Shown here piece by piece: positions 17,697-27,933 of a stretch of 64,000 nucleotides of DNA. Below the pieces are notes generated by a model that made no database searches, had not been told where the DNA came from, and was given only the letters and a program-made list of their open reading frames with translations. This DNA is from Escherichia phage REP2: sequence record OQ174501.1. One strand, written 5' to 3'. How positions within the stretch are numbered: the stretch's first letter is position 1; each line of letters begins with the position of its first letter. A program made the position numbers and the translations under genes.

Positions 17697-18101
17697 ATGA
17701 AACAGTTGATAATTAAAAGATTGAATTTATTGATATGTTGTTTATGCGTAGTAATTGCATATGGTTATTACGCAATTAATGATTATATGCATTATAAAGA
17801 TTATGATGTTACTGTAGTTAATACCTTTACAGGAACTCAAGGAAAGGGGTCTAGTTTATCGTTTATTGCTGTATATGAACTTAAAGACGGTTATAGATTT
17901 AGCGAATATATTTCACCAGAGATGTATTCATCAATAGAAAAAGGCGATAATATTACTGTAAGTTTACGTCCTTTCGACGTAAAACAGACATGGTTTGATA
18001 ATATTGTTTGGTTCTTTGGAATGGTATTAGTTCAATCTGTATGCGGTGCTTATATAGTTTTTTCCATCATATTCTGCGTATTTAGTAAAATTGAAAATTG
18101 A
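17697..18101 (+). CDS. Membrane protein
   Basis: N- and C-terminal hydrophobic helices; 134 aa. Confidence 0.5.
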   Translation: MKQLIIKRLNLLICCLCVVIAYGYYAINDYMHYKDYDVTVVNTFTGTQGKGSSLSFIAVYELKDGYRFSEYISPEMYSSIEKGDNITVSLRPFDVKQTWFDNIVWFFGMVLVQSVCGAYIVFSIIFCVFSKIEN

Positions 18102-18112
18102 GTGAGGAAAAT

Positions 18113-19000
18113 ATGTCAGTAGTAATTAATAATGTCAATGCAGTAATTAAATCTTTAGTTAATAAAAAATTGAATGAATGGACTGTACTTCGTCGTGGAG
18201 AGCCAGATAAATTTTTTCATAGATTTAACCCAACTTTAGATTTGAATGTTATTGACAGAGATGTTCATGCAGAAATTTTAGATAAGTTTAAAGTTGATAT
18301 TGGATTTGGATTAGAAAAACATTTACAGCGAACAAACGGGTCTGGAATGGGTTTATCTAATCGCATTATGAAAGCCCTTAATAAAATTGGAGCATTGTCT
18401 CGTATTAATGCAAGTGAAATTCTTCGCAATTATAATAAAGGCTATGATCTTTACGGTCGACTAATGCCGAAATTATCATTTGACCAAATGATCGCAGATT
18501 TGTGGGAAAATCAACGACGATTATTAGCATTAGGCGCTCGATTAGCTAAAGGTCTAGATAAACAAATGATTTTTAAGACCAATAATACAGAAGACCTTAA
18601 ATGCTTTAAATTTAGTATTCGCGGCGATGATTATTATATCAGAGCTCGCTCTACTGATTATGTTAATATGGGGCATCATCTCTGTTTAGCTTTTGAAGTT
18701 TTAAAAGAAGCCGGAACATTAGAATATGTGTCTGGTGCAAAATGCCCTATTGGTTCAAGTTGTATTTTAATTTATCGCCCGGATGAATCCAGTTCAACTA
18801 CATTGCCTACGAAACCTGTACCAGTTCGTAGTAACGAAAAACATTCTGAACAAATTGATTATTTTAATAAACAGATTGAAGAACTGAATATTTCTATTCA
18901 ACAATATGATGATGAAATTTTCAGACTATCTGGACTGAGTAGTAAAGCTAAATCTGAGCGTGAAAAGTTAATTAAAATTGTCGATTTACTTAAATCTTAA
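18113..19000 (+). CDS. Hypothetical protein with C-terminal coiled coil (tandem family, member 1)
   Basis: ATG after gaggaaaat (ORF track starts at 18098); C-terminal heptad-rich tail. Confidence 0.55.
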   Translation: MSVVINNVNAVIKSLVNKKLNEWTVLRRGEPDKFFHRFNPTLDLNVIDRDVHAEILDKFKVDIGFGLEKHLQRTNGSGMGLSNRIMKALNKIGALSRINASEILRNYNKGYDLYGRLMPKLSFDQMIADLWENQRRLLALGARLAKGLDKQMIFKTNNTEDLKCFKFSIRGDDYYIRARSTDYVNMGHHLCLAFEVLKEAGTLEYVSGAKCPIGSSCILIYRPDESSSTTLPTKPVPVRSNEKHSEQIDYFNKQIEELNISIQQYDDEIFRLSGLSSKAKSEREKLIKIVDLLKS

Positions 19001-19008
19001 GGAACACC

Positions 19009-20028
19009 ATGAAAACTCGTTCTCAAATTGAAGATATGGTTCGTAATGCCAGCTATACTCGTGATGTTATGACATTTTTGTGCCAAAATAATTTAGACCC
19101 TGATAAAGTTAATCGTGATATTCACTTTAAGTATATGAATAGCAGTGAATGGTTACGTCATTTTAATGAAGCAGGGTATATTACTCAAATGACTGCTCGT
19201 GAGCAGCTCACCGATTTCTGTAAAACTATTGATTATAAAAATCCTCTATTTGTTCAAGGCGTTGGTCAAAGTAAGGTCGATTTATCATCTGGATTTTTCA
19301 ATCCAAATCATTATCGTATTGAATGGAGATTTATTGCTCTATTCCGTAGACAATTAAAGCAAATTTTGTCTACTGCTAGTCGATTAAAAGGTTCTGATAT
19401 TAACTTAAAGAATCTTAAATTTGATGGTTATACTCTTCAGATGGAAGTAAGACCATTAAAAGAAAATAATAGAACTGCACGAATTAGCTTTAAACCTAAT
19501 ACAAAAAATTCTCTTTCAATTTGTGAATGCCTTAAATCGCAGTTGACAGAAGCATTTAAGTATATGGATGTTGTTGCTGCTGTTCAGTCTAAGATTTCAC
19601 AGCATTTCGAACGATTTAAATTAGACACAACAGCGTATGAACTTGATATGATCGTTTCATTTAAATATGAATTTTTGAGAAAAGATGAAGTCCCGCAAGA
19701 GAAAAAGCAGGAAGTGCAAGATAACTTAAATTTATCCAATTACTTATCAAACGATCCTAAATTTTGGATGTATAGTTCAGGTAATAAAGATGCATGGAAA
19801 TTTAATAAAGTGAATTTTCTTCCTATTGAAAATCCGAGTCTTAAACCTGTTGAAAAATGGCATGCAGATGCGATTGAGAAGTCTATCAAGGCAGTAGATG
19901 ATGAACTCGTTAAAGCAACTAATGAAGTGCTAGAAGCTGAAAAGATGTTGGAAAAAGCTCAAGAAAAAGTCAAAAATCTTACGAAGCAACGTTCTAAACT
20001 GAACAATGCACTAAATGCACTGAACTAG
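19009..20028 (+). CDS. Hypothetical protein with C-terminal coiled coil (member 2)
   Basis: 339 aa; C-terminal ~50 aa coiled coil. Confidence 0.55.
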   Translation: MKTRSQIEDMVRNASYTRDVMTFLCQNNLDPDKVNRDIHFKYMNSSEWLRHFNEAGYITQMTAREQLTDFCKTIDYKNPLFVQGVGQSKVDLSSGFFNPNHYRIEWRFIALFRRQLKQILSTASRLKGSDINLKNLKFDGYTLQMEVRPLKENNRTARISFKPNTKNSLSICECLKSQLTEAFKYMDVVAAVQSKISQHFERFKLDTTAYELDMIVSFKYEFLRKDEVPQEKKQEVQDNLNLSNYLSNDPKFWMYSSGNKDAWKFNKVNFLPIENPSLKPVEKWHADAIEKSIKAVDDELVKATNEVLEAEKMLEKAQEKVKNLTKQRSKLNNALNALN

Positions 20029-20060
20029 TTTACATTGCCACAAGGATGTGGTATAATGTT
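20020..20060 (+). promoter_or_regulatory. T4 early promoter
   Basis: GTTTAC 20028-20033, TATAAT 20052-20057. Confidence 0.6.
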
Positions 20061-20085
20061 CTTACTTTCTACTGAGGAGATTATT

Positions 20086-21087
20086 ATGACTCGTAACGAA
20101 TATATCAAATCATTCAATAGCGTTATTGATGATAAAGCTATACCGATGTTTGGTCAAAATATCGTTCTTTCTATTATCAATCAATGGCTCAATAGTGTTG
20201 ATGCAAGTATTGTTTCTTCTACTAAATTTATTCATGAAATTCGTAAAATTTCTAGCCGTGTAGATAAAGATGTTATCAAGAAAACCTTTAAAGAGTCTCG
20301 TCTTCTTTCATATTTGGTTAATCGGGATATTCTTGGTAATTTTGGGAAAGAAATTAAACGAACCAAAGATGTAGTAGGATATAATTGGTTCGGTGATGTT
20401 AATTCTTATCATCTTAATAATAAAGAAGACCCTGAGAATATTTTTACTCGTCGTTGGATTAGTAATTTCAGACTTTTCAAAGGACAGATTCTAAAATCAG
20501 CTTCTAAATTATGTTATGGCGATTATCGTCAAATTCATCCTTTGGCTTCTGATATGATTATCATAAAAGAATATGAACTTGATAAAAATAAAGTATCTAT
20601 TTTTGTGAATTATGGATTTTTTACACCAAACGCTAACCAAAAGAACATTAATAAATTTTTCTCAATTGCTAGCACTATAACTCGTCAGTTAGAGACTGCA
20701 TTACTTTGTATGGAAACAGTAGAAAATATTCATACATATCCTTTTAAGAATATATGCGGATGGGAAGGATATAAAATTGTAATTAGTCTTCGTGAAGTGA
20801 AATGTGCTTATTCACCTACTGATAAAGAAATTTATCAACAAAAATGTGAGGAAATTGTGAATACTCCTAAAGAAGAAACTACCCTTGAGGAACTAATGGA
20901 TAATCTTGATGATTCGCCTGAACCGGCAGAAATTCGTCCAGAAGTTATTGCACTAGAAAAAGCTTATAAAGAAGTTCTAGAAATTTCTAATAAAGCGCAG
21001 AAAGAATATGAGCAGGCTAAAAGGATTTGGGAAGAATCTGTTAATCGTCTTGATCGTTTGGAACAAGCTTTACAGTTAATTAAGTAA
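20086..21087 (+). CDS. Hypothetical protein with C-terminal coiled coil (member 3)
   Basis: ATG after gaggag (ORF track starts at 20035). Confidence 0.55.
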   Translation: MTRNEYIKSFNSVIDDKAIPMFGQNIVLSIINQWLNSVDASIVSSTKFIHEIRKISSRVDKDVIKKTFKESRLLSYLVNRDILGNFGKEIKRTKDVVGYNWFGDVNSYHLNNKEDPENIFTRRWISNFRLFKGQILKSASKLCYGDYRQIHPLASDMIIIKEYELDKNKVSIFVNYGFFTPNANQKNINKFFSIASTITRQLETALLCMETVENIHTYPFKNICGWEGYKIVISLREVKCAYSPTDKEIYQQKCEEIVNTPKEETTLEELMDNLDDSPEPAEIRPEVIALEKAYKEVLEISNKAQKEYEQAKRIWEESVNRLDRLEQALQLIK

Positions 21088-21139
21088 TTTAAAGCCAAGG
21101 ATGGCTCGGAGTATAAACCATTAACCAAGTGAGAAGAAT

Positions 21140-22063
21140 ATGAAAACTCGTAAACATTATATTGATTATTTTGACAGTCTTATTACTAAACACCGTAATT
21201 ATCAGATCGGACACAGAGCAGTAATCAATAATATTCTTCGTGATTTTTTAGACTATATTGGATGGGAAAACCATATTTGTAAAGATACACAAAATGCGTA
21301 TTCACATTCTCTTGGTTCTTTGCTCGAGTGGTTCAAACGTTCCCGATTACTATCTTCTGTGATAGCTGTTAATAATGTTAAAAAATTTATGTATCCAAGC
21401 TACATTGAGACTAATGTATCAAATGCTAATGTTGTTACATTTAATATTATTAATGACGTGAAAAGAACTTATTTAGAAGAATGGTTTTCTAAAAATAGTA
21501 AAGAAAAATTTGCTAGTGAGTTTTCACACGAATTTAATAATAATGTGAATATGCTTTTTAAGCATTCTCGTAGACTGTTTTGTCATGGCGATGACCGTAC
21601 TATTAATGTAAATGTAAAAGATTGGGTTACGGCTAAATTCATTCCATCGCAGAATGGACCAGTTGAATTGTCAATTATTGTTTGTGCTCCACATGAAATA
21701 TATAAAAATCTTCCATATATGAAACCATGCGAAGCTAATAAACATAATAAAACGATTCGTTCTTTGACTTATAATCTTCGTACGTTATTGTCTAAAATGG
21801 ACGTAGTTGAATCCTTTGATGATAATACGAATTATGGTCTTTCACTGTTTGAAACTAAAATTGTTATTAAGTTAAAGGACCCTAGTAAATTTAAACCTAC
21901 ACCAAAGCCCAATCATGGGAATGATACTATGAAAGAAGAACGCGAATATCTCAGTGCTCGTTTGATTGAAGTTGAAAAACAGATTGAAGAGCATACTAAA
22001 GTTCTTAAGGCTTTAACAGCCAAAGCAAATGGTTTACGTGATGCTATTGAGGTACTGAAATGA
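21140..22063 (+). CDS. Hypothetical protein with C-terminal coiled coil (member 4)
   Basis: 307 aa. Confidence 0.55.
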   Translation: MKTRKHYIDYFDSLITKHRNYQIGHRAVINNILRDFLDYIGWENHICKDTQNAYSHSLGSLLEWFKRSRLLSSVIAVNNVKKFMYPSYIETNVSNANVVTFNIINDVKRTYLEEWFSKNSKEKFASEFSHEFNNNVNMLFKHSRRLFCHGDDRTINVNVKDWVTAKFIPSQNGPVELSIIVCAPHEIYKNLPYMKPCEANKHNKTIRSLTYNLRTLLSKMDVVESFDDNTNYGLSLFETKIVIKLKDPSKFKPTPKPNHGNDTMKEEREYLSARLIEVEKQIEEHTKVLKALTAKANGLRDAIEVLK

Positions 22064-22377
22064 AAAAGCGTTTATTAGAAGATATTGCAGCTTCAAGTAA
22101 TTCCAGTCTAATTAAAATTATTATGGCTGGTGAGGAAGATGATATGGAAATGCGTGGAAAGATTCACGGCTGCGACGATTTAGATTTTAAACCTCCAGCA
22201 TGGGATGCTATTATGGCTATGGTTGAACGACGTGAAAGAGCTTCTAAAAACGTTCCTAATTGCCCTGAGTGTGGAACTGAACAGGTGCAATTGGTCCATT
22301 GGCAGACTAATAATCTTCGTTATAAATGTCGTCATTGTAAACGCCGATTTGACCGAGAAGAAAATGACAAAGCGTAA
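22060..22377 (+). CDS. Zinc-ribbon protein
   Basis: CPECG...CRHC motif; 105 aa. Confidence 0.5.
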   Translation: MKKRLLEDIAASSNSSLIKIIMAGEEDDMEMRGKIHGCDDLDFKPPAWDAIMAMVERRERASKNVPNCPECGTEQVQLVHWQTNNLRYKCRHCKRRFDREENDKA

Positions 22378-22606
22378 AGAATATATGGAGGCTGCTGAAA
22401 AGGCAGTCCGTGAATTAGCAATAGCTTATTATAATGAACATGGTAAATTTCCTGATAGATACAGCGTGCTTAAATCAGCTTTAACTCGTTCATATAAAAA
22501 TATGCTATCAGAAGTAAGTGATATTATATACAAACATAAAGAACAAACGGGCCAAAGTCTTGATTACGACGAGACTTTTAAACAAGTACTAGGAATTAAG
22601 GAATAA
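22364..22606 (+). CDS. Hypothetical protein
   Basis: 80 aa; ORF track merges it into a longer overlapping frame from 22205. Confidence 0.45.
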   Translation: MTKRKEYMEAAEKAVRELAIAYYNEHGKFPDRYSVLKSALTRSYKNMLSEVSDIIYKHKEQTGQSLDYDETFKQVLGIKE

Positions 22607-22607
22607 T

Positions 22608-22871
22608 ATGTTTAAAGTATATGGTTATGATAGCAACATTCATAAATGTGTGTATTGCGATAATGCAAAACGTCTTTTGACCGTGAAGAAACAGCCGTTT
22701 GAATTTATCAACATTATGCCGGAAAAAGGTGTTTTTGATGATGAGAAAATCGCTGAGCTTCTGACTAAACTAGGTCGTGATACTCAAATCGGCTTGACAA
22801 TGCCCCAGGTATTTGCTCCTGATGGAAGTCATATTGGTGGATTTGACCAACTGCGAGAATATTTTAAATGA
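22608..22871 (+). CDS. nrdC: Thioredoxin/glutaredoxin NrdC
   Basis: 87 aa; CVYC active-site motif; position relative to tk and gene 49. Confidence 0.85.
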   Translation: MFKVYGYDSNIHKCVYCDNAKRLLTVKKQPFEFINIMPEKGVFDDEKIAELLTKLGRDTQIGLTMPQVFAPDGSHIGGFDQLREYFK

Positions 22872-23083
22872 TGCTCGAAGGAACTGACTATATTCACGAT
22901 TACCGCGGAAGCGCGGTATATGTAGGTGATGAAGTTGCAGTTTATTATGGGTATGGAACTTTGATGACAGCCAAGGTTATTCAAATTAAAAATAATCGTG
23001 CTAAACTCGAAGTTTATTATTCTAATGGCGAAAAGTCTATTTCTAAGTGGAAATACGGCGATTGCATGGTCAAACTGGGGTAA
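22868..23083 (+). CDS. Hypothetical small protein
   Basis: 71 aa. Confidence 0.5.
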   Translation: MMLEGTDYIHDYRGSAVYVGDEVAVYYGYGTLMTAKVIQIKNNRAKLEVYYSNGEKSISKWKYGDCMVKLG

Positions 23084-23085
23084 AT

Positions 23086-23256
23086 ATGATTTACGATATT
23101 AATGTAGCAAGAGCTCCGTCAATGGTTACTATTCCTGCTGAAGAACTAGATCGTCTTCAGAAAATTGAAGAACTTCTTTGGGAAATTGAATGTGACCTGC
23201 CATCAGGACTAGAATCCTGGATTGATGATGAAGAACTTAATAAATTGCGAAATTAA
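23086..23256 (+). CDS. Hypothetical small acidic protein
   Basis: 57 aa; ATG after ggggtaaat. Confidence 0.4.
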   Translation: MIYDINVARAPSMVTIPAEELDRLQKIEELLWEIECDLPSGLESWIDDEELNKLRN

Positions 23257-23266
23257 TTGGTGAAAA

Positions 23267-23587
23267 ATGACTATTGAAAATAAATTAGATGTTGATGCAG
23301 TTCTGAGCGAAATCATTGAAGACCATGATGCATTTTCGGAAAACTATGATTTCGATTTTTCCGACTATCTTAAACCTATCGAAATAGAAGACTGGGTGCA
23401 AGATGGTAAATGCCAATATCGTCAGTGTGTTTACTTTAGTCCAAAACATAATGTACATGTAGCGGTAAATGAATCTCGGTCAGGTTCTTATCATTCTGAT
23501 TGGTATTATGCAGTTCCGACTGTTGAACTAGTCGAGCCCCATGAACGTGTAGTAACTCAGACAGTACGAGAATGGATTACGCTATAA
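23267..23587 (+). CDS. Hypothetical protein
   Basis: 106 aa. Confidence 0.5.
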   Translation: MTIENKLDVDAVLSEIIEDHDAFSENYDFDFSDYLKPIEIEDWVQDGKCQYRQCVYFSPKHNVHVAVNESRSGSYHSDWYYAVPTVELVEPHERVVTQTVREWITL

Positions 23588-23710
23588 AACCTTGGTGGGC
23601 GGCTAGATGGGAAACTGTAGAGCCAGAGCCGGAAGAACCGGTTTACACTGATGAAGAAACAATATATAATGAACCAACGATAAATGACTTAATTGATATG
23701 GAGATGGGAC

Positions 23711-24196
23711 ATGATTACAGTAGATAAGTGGTTTAGAATTAATCGTGCTGATACAGGGCTGTGTAATTACTGGCCGGAACTTAGTGCAGGTACTGTCTTT
23801 AAAGTTCGTGAACTTGCAAAAGAATGTGAAGATGATATAGAGCCTGATACTGGAATTATTGAAATTGAACTTTCTGATGGAAAGATTATTAACATCTACG
23901 ATAAGCCAATTACGTATTGGTGCTTGTGGAATACTGAATCAGTAGAAAATGGCGAAATTGAAGAAGTTGTAGATAGAACTAATCAAGTTGTTCAGAAGCC
24001 TAAAGCTGATTTTCAAGGTGAACGTATTTCATACGCATTAGCTAAATTAGCTGCACAAGAAAATAACGATGGCTATGAAGGAAATTTGATGCAAGCTGCG
24101 GCAGAATATATTGAATGGCTTGAAACCCAAATTTCTTTTTCTGACCAAAAGATTCGGCAATATAAGCGATTGAATCAAATGTTTTTCAATACTTGA
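23711..24196 (+). CDS. pin: Pin (inhibitor of host Lon protease), tentative
   Basis: 161 aa from ATG 23711; sits immediately upstream of gene 49 as in T4. Confidence 0.6.
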   Translation: MITVDKWFRINRADTGLCNYWPELSAGTVFKVRELAKECEDDIEPDTGIIEIELSDGKIINIYDKPITYWCLWNTESVENGEIEEVVDRTNQVVQKPKADFQGERISYALAKLAAQENNDGYEGNLMQAAAEYIEWLETQISFSDQKIRQYKRLNQMFFNT

Positions 24197-24238
24197 AAAT
24201 AATAAATACCCTTATCTATTTAAGGTAAGGGTTTTATT

Positions 24239-24712
24239 ATGTTATTGACTGGCAAATTATACAAAGAAGAAAAACAAAAATTTTATAATGCACAAAACGG
24301 TAAATGCTTAATTTGCCAACGAGAACTAAATCCTGATGTTCAAGCTAATCATCTTGATCATGACCATGAATTAAATGGACCAAAAGCAGGAAAGGTACGT
24401 GGATTGCTTTGTAATCTCTGCAATGCCACAGAAGGTCAAATGAAACATAAATTTAATCGTTCTGGCTTAAAGGGGCAAGGTGTTGATTATCTTGAATGGT
24501 TAGAAAATTTACTTACTTATTTAAAATCCGATTACACCCAAAATAATATTCACCCTAACTTTGTTGGAGATAAATCAAAGGAATTTTCTCGTTTAGGAAA
24601 AGAGGAAATGATGGCTGAGATGCTTCAAAGAGGATTTGAATATAATGAATCTGACACTAAAACACAATTAATAGCTTCATTTAAGAAGCAGCTTAGAAAG
24701 AGTTTAAAATGA
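24239..24712 (+). CDS. 49: Endonuclease VII (Holliday junction resolvase)
   Basis: 157 aa; zinc motif CLICQ...CNLCN and HxH; matches T4 gp49 as I recall it. Confidence 0.9.
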   Translation: MLLTGKLYKEEKQKFYNAQNGKCLICQRELNPDVQANHLDHDHELNGPKAGKVRGLLCNLCNATEGQMKHKFNRSGLKGQGVDYLEWLENLLTYLKSDYTQNNIHPNFVGDKSKEFSRLGKEEMMAEMLQRGFEYNESDTKTQLIASFKKQLRKSLK

Positions 24713-26526
24713 CAATTGAAAAAGAAATTGAAGGATTGATTCATAAAACTAATAAAGACCTTTTAAACGAGAATGCTAATAAAGATTCTCGTGTTTTTCC
24801 AACTCAACGGGACCTTATGGCTGGTATTGTGTCTAAACACATTGCCAAAAATATGGTCCCGTCTTTTATTATGAAAGCGCATGAAAGCGGAATTATTCAT
24901 TTCCATGATATTGATTATTCCCCTGCTCTTCCATTTACTAATTGCTGTTTAGTAGATTTAAAAGGAATGCTTGAGAACGGATTTAAGCTTGGTAATGCAC
25001 AGATTGAAACTCCTAAATCAATTGGCGTTGCTACTGCAATTATGGCACAAATTACTGCGCAAGTTGCTTCCCATCAATATGGCGGAACGACTTTTGCTAA
25101 TGTAGATAAAGTACTTTCTCCTTATGTTAAACGCACCTATGCAAAACATATTGAGGATGCAGAAAAATGGCAAATCGCTGATGCGTTAAATTATGCTCAA
25201 TCTAAAACAGAAAAAGATGTATACGATGCATTCCAAGCTTATGAATATGAAGTAAATACTCTCTTTAGTTCAAACGGACAAACACCTTTTGTAACAATTA
25301 CATTTGGTACAGGAACTGACTGGACTGAACGAATGATTCAGAAAGCAATTCTGAAAAATCGTATTAAAGGTCTCGGTCGTGATGGGATAACTCCTATTTT
25401 CCCTAAGCTTGTTATGTTCGTTGAAGAAGGTGTTAATCTTTATAAAGACGATCCGAACTATGATATTAAACTGCTTGCTCTAGAGTGCGCAAGCAAAAGA
25501 ATGTATCCTGATATTATTTCAGCTAAGAACAATAAAGCTATCACTGGCTCATCTATTCCTGTTTCTCCAATGGGTTGTCGTAGTTTCTTGAGCGTATGGA
25601 AAGATTCGACTGGCAATGAAATTCTTGATGGACGTAATAATCTCGGTGTTGTAACACTGAATCTTCCTCGTATCGCATTAGATTCTTATATTGGAACACA
25701 GTTCAATGAACAGAAATTTATCGAATTGTTCAATGAACGAATGGATTTATGTTTTGAAGCTTTGATGTGTAGAATTAGTTCCTTAAAAGGAGTTAAAGCG
25801 ACTGTTGCTCCTATTCTTTACCAAGAAGGTGCATTCGGGGTTCGTCTTAAACCTGATGACGACATAATTGAGTTATTTAAAAACGGTAGAAGTTCAGTGT
25901 CTTTAGGATACATTGGTATTCATGAATTGAATATTCTTGTCGGTCGTGATATTGGACAAGAAATTTTAACTAAAATGAATGCTCGTCTTAAACAGTGGAC
26001 TGAAAGAACTGGGTTTGCTTTTAGTTTATATTCGACTCCTGCTGAAAACCTTTGTTATCGCTTCTGTAAACTCGATACAGAAAAATATGGAAGCGTAAAA
26101 GATGTTACTGATAAAGGCTGGTACACTAACAGTTTCCACGTTTCAGTAGAAGAAAATGTTACTCCGTTTGAAAAGATTTCTCGTGAAGCGCCATATCATT
26201 TCATTGCGACAGGTGGTCACATTTCTTATGTTGAACTTCCTGATATGAAAAATAACTTAAAAGGTCTTGAGGCTGTATGGGATTATGCCGCACAACATTT
26301 AGATTATTTTGGTGTTAATATGCCAGTAGATAAATGTTTTACATGTGGAAGTACCCATGAAATGACTCCTACTGAAAACGGATTTGTTTGTTCTATTTGT
26401 GGAGAAACTGATCCTAAAAAGATGAATACAATAAGAAGAACATGTGGTTATTTGGGAAATCCGAACGAGCGCGGATTTAATCTCGGTAAAAATAAAGAAA
26501 TCATGCATAGGGTTAAACACCAATGA
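24709..26526 (+). CDS. nrdD: Anaerobic ribonucleoside-triphosphate reductase
   Basis: 605 aa; C-terminal glycyl radical motif RRTCGYLG and Cys zinc motif; uninterrupted ORF with no intron. Confidence 0.93.
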   Translation: MTIEKEIEGLIHKTNKDLLNENANKDSRVFPTQRDLMAGIVSKHIAKNMVPSFIMKAHESGIIHFHDIDYSPALPFTNCCLVDLKGMLENGFKLGNAQIETPKSIGVATAIMAQITAQVASHQYGGTTFANVDKVLSPYVKRTYAKHIEDAEKWQIADALNYAQSKTEKDVYDAFQAYEYEVNTLFSSNGQTPFVTITFGTGTDWTERMIQKAILKNRIKGLGRDGITPIFPKLVMFVEEGVNLYKDDPNYDIKLLALECASKRMYPDIISAKNNKAITGSSIPVSPMGCRSFLSVWKDSTGNEILDGRNNLGVVTLNLPRIALDSYIGTQFNEQKFIELFNERMDLCFEALMCRISSLKGVKATVAPILYQEGAFGVRLKPDDDIIELFKNGRSSVSLGYIGIHELNILVGRDIGQEILTKMNARLKQWTERTGFAFSLYSTPAENLCYRFCKLDTEKYGSVKDVTDKGWYTNSFHVSVEENVTPFEKISREAPYHFIATGGHISYVELPDMKNNLKGLEAVWDYAAQHLDYFGVNMPVDKCFTCGSTHEMTPTENGFVCSICGETDPKKMNTIRRTCGYLGNPNERGFNLGKNKEIMHRVKHQ

Positions 26527-26993
26527 ATTACGATAGATTTTATCCCTGTGATTTTGTGAATGGCCCTGGATGCAGGGTCGTTCTTTTCGTTACAGGTTGT
26601 TTGCATAAATGTGAAGGGTGTTATAATAAATCAACATGGAATGCTAGAAATGGTGTTCCATTCACTGGTGAAACACTAGAACAATTAATTGAATGTTTGA
26701 ATAATGATTATATAGAAGGATTGACTATAACCGGAGGTGACCCTCTCTATCCTGATAACAGAGACGTGATTCACTCTGTGGTTCAAACTATTAAAAATCT
26801 TTATCCCAATAAAAGCATTTGGTTGTGGACAGGATATAAGTTTGAAGATATTAAACAACTAGAAATGCTTAAATATGTTGATGTTATTATTGATGGGAAG
26901 TATGAGAAAAATCTTCCGACCAAAAAGCTGTGGCGAGGATCAGATAATCAGCGACTTTGGTCAAATACCGATGGGGTGTGGAAACATGATTAA
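26523..26993 (+). CDS. nrdG: Anaerobic RNR activating enzyme (radical SAM)
   Basis: CLHKCEGC radical-SAM cluster motif; 156 aa. Confidence 0.9.
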   Translation: MNYDRFYPCDFVNGPGCRVVLFVTGCLHKCEGCYNKSTWNARNGVPFTGETLEQLIECLNNDYIEGLTITGGDPLYPDNRDVIHSVVQTIKNLYPNKSIWLWTGYKFEDIKQLEMLKYVDVIIDGKYEKNLPTKKLWRGSDNQRLWSNTDGVWKHD

Positions 26994-27107
26994 ATTGAAT
27001 TACATTATGGATACTATAAATGATATGATTTTCATTTTGGTCCAGAATTTTATTCGCAATATAGTTTAGTGCTTATCAATGCTTGGTTAATCAATTAAGG
27101 GTAAAAT

Positions 27108-27323
27108 ATGTATAAATTTCGTAAAGGTTTAGCTGATTTTCTTACAACTGTAACATTCTTTCTGTTTATGGCAGTTGGAGCTATTTTCCTTATTCCTTTT
27201 ATTGTTGTATTTTTCGTGATTAGCTTAATTTCTCCAGAAAAAGGCTTATCTTCTAGTGAGTTCAATGAGCGTCTGGATAAAATTACTAACAAGCTGAATG
27301 CTGTTCTTGATAAAAAGGCTTAA
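27108..27323 (+). CDS. Small membrane protein
   Basis: TM helix FFLFMAVGAIFLIPFIVVFFVISLI. Confidence 0.5.
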   Translation: MYKFRKGLADFLTTVTFFLFMAVGAIFLIPFIVVFFVISLISPEKGLSSSEFNERLDKITNKLNAVLDKKA

Positions 27324-27325
27324 TT

Positions 27326-27637
27326 ATGATTAGTTTTGAGCGGTATGTAGTAGAGAGTTGGAATGGTTTTGATATGTTCGGTAATGACTATTATTTCTAT
27401 GAATGTAGTCTGAACCCAAGCTTCTGGGCTGGACGTGAACAAGACCTCGAAGAAATCAACGCTCGTGCTGATTTGTTAGGTGAACTGCCTACTACTTATT
27501 TCACCTTTGATGAATCCGGCTTCGTTATCCAGGTTTATTTTCCTGAAGAAAACTCTGGTGAGGATTCTGTTAACCCGCCATACTGGGCTTATCAAGGAAT
27601 TATTTCTCGTGGAACAAAACTCGAACTTAAAGAATAA
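27326..27637 (+). CDS. Hypothetical protein
   Basis: 103 aa. Confidence 0.5.
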   Translation: MISFERYVVESWNGFDMFGNDYYFYECSLNPSFWAGREQDLEEINARADLLGELPTTYFTFDESGFVIQVYFPEENSGEDSVNPPYWAYQGIISRGTKLELKE

Positions 27638-27638
27638 G

Positions 27639-27932
27639 ATTGAAGTCTATGGAATTCCAGATGAAGTAGGTCGTTGTCCTGGATGTCAATCAGTTACAAA
27701 ACTTCTAAAGGAGCTCAATGCTCCTTTTACTTTCTATAAAGTTCTTACAAATAACGGTAAGATTGAGTATGATCGTCCGCTGATTGTATCTCTTGCTAAA
27801 CGCGCTGGATTCACATCTCTTAACATTCGTTATCCAGTCATTTTCATTAATGATTCTAGACAAAAGAACATTAAACACTTCAAAGAAACTCTCATTTCAC
27901 TTGGATATGATAGAGATATCATAGAAGACTAA
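27639..27932 (+). CDS. Glutaredoxin-like protein (nrdH position), start codon uncertain
   Basis: CPGC redox motif in KIEVYGIPDEVGRCPGCQ; no in-frame ATG in the non-overlapping part, so a non-ATG start is implied. Confidence 0.5.
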   Translation: MEVYGIPDEVGRCPGCQSVTKLLKELNAPFTFYKVLTNNGKIEYDRPLIVSLAKRAGFTSLNIRYPVIFINDSRQKNIKHFKETLISLGYDRDIIED

Positions 27933-27933
27933 G

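Noticed and set aside
23572-23727. 51-aa acidic ORF overlapping the end of 23267-23587 and the start of pin
   Set aside because: Possible but unsupported: it overlaps two better-supported genes and has only a weak ribosome-binding context. Left unannotated pending expression data.
24709-26526. Group I intron in nrdD
   Set aside because: The ORF is continuous over 605 codons with conserved motifs throughout, so no intron is present.
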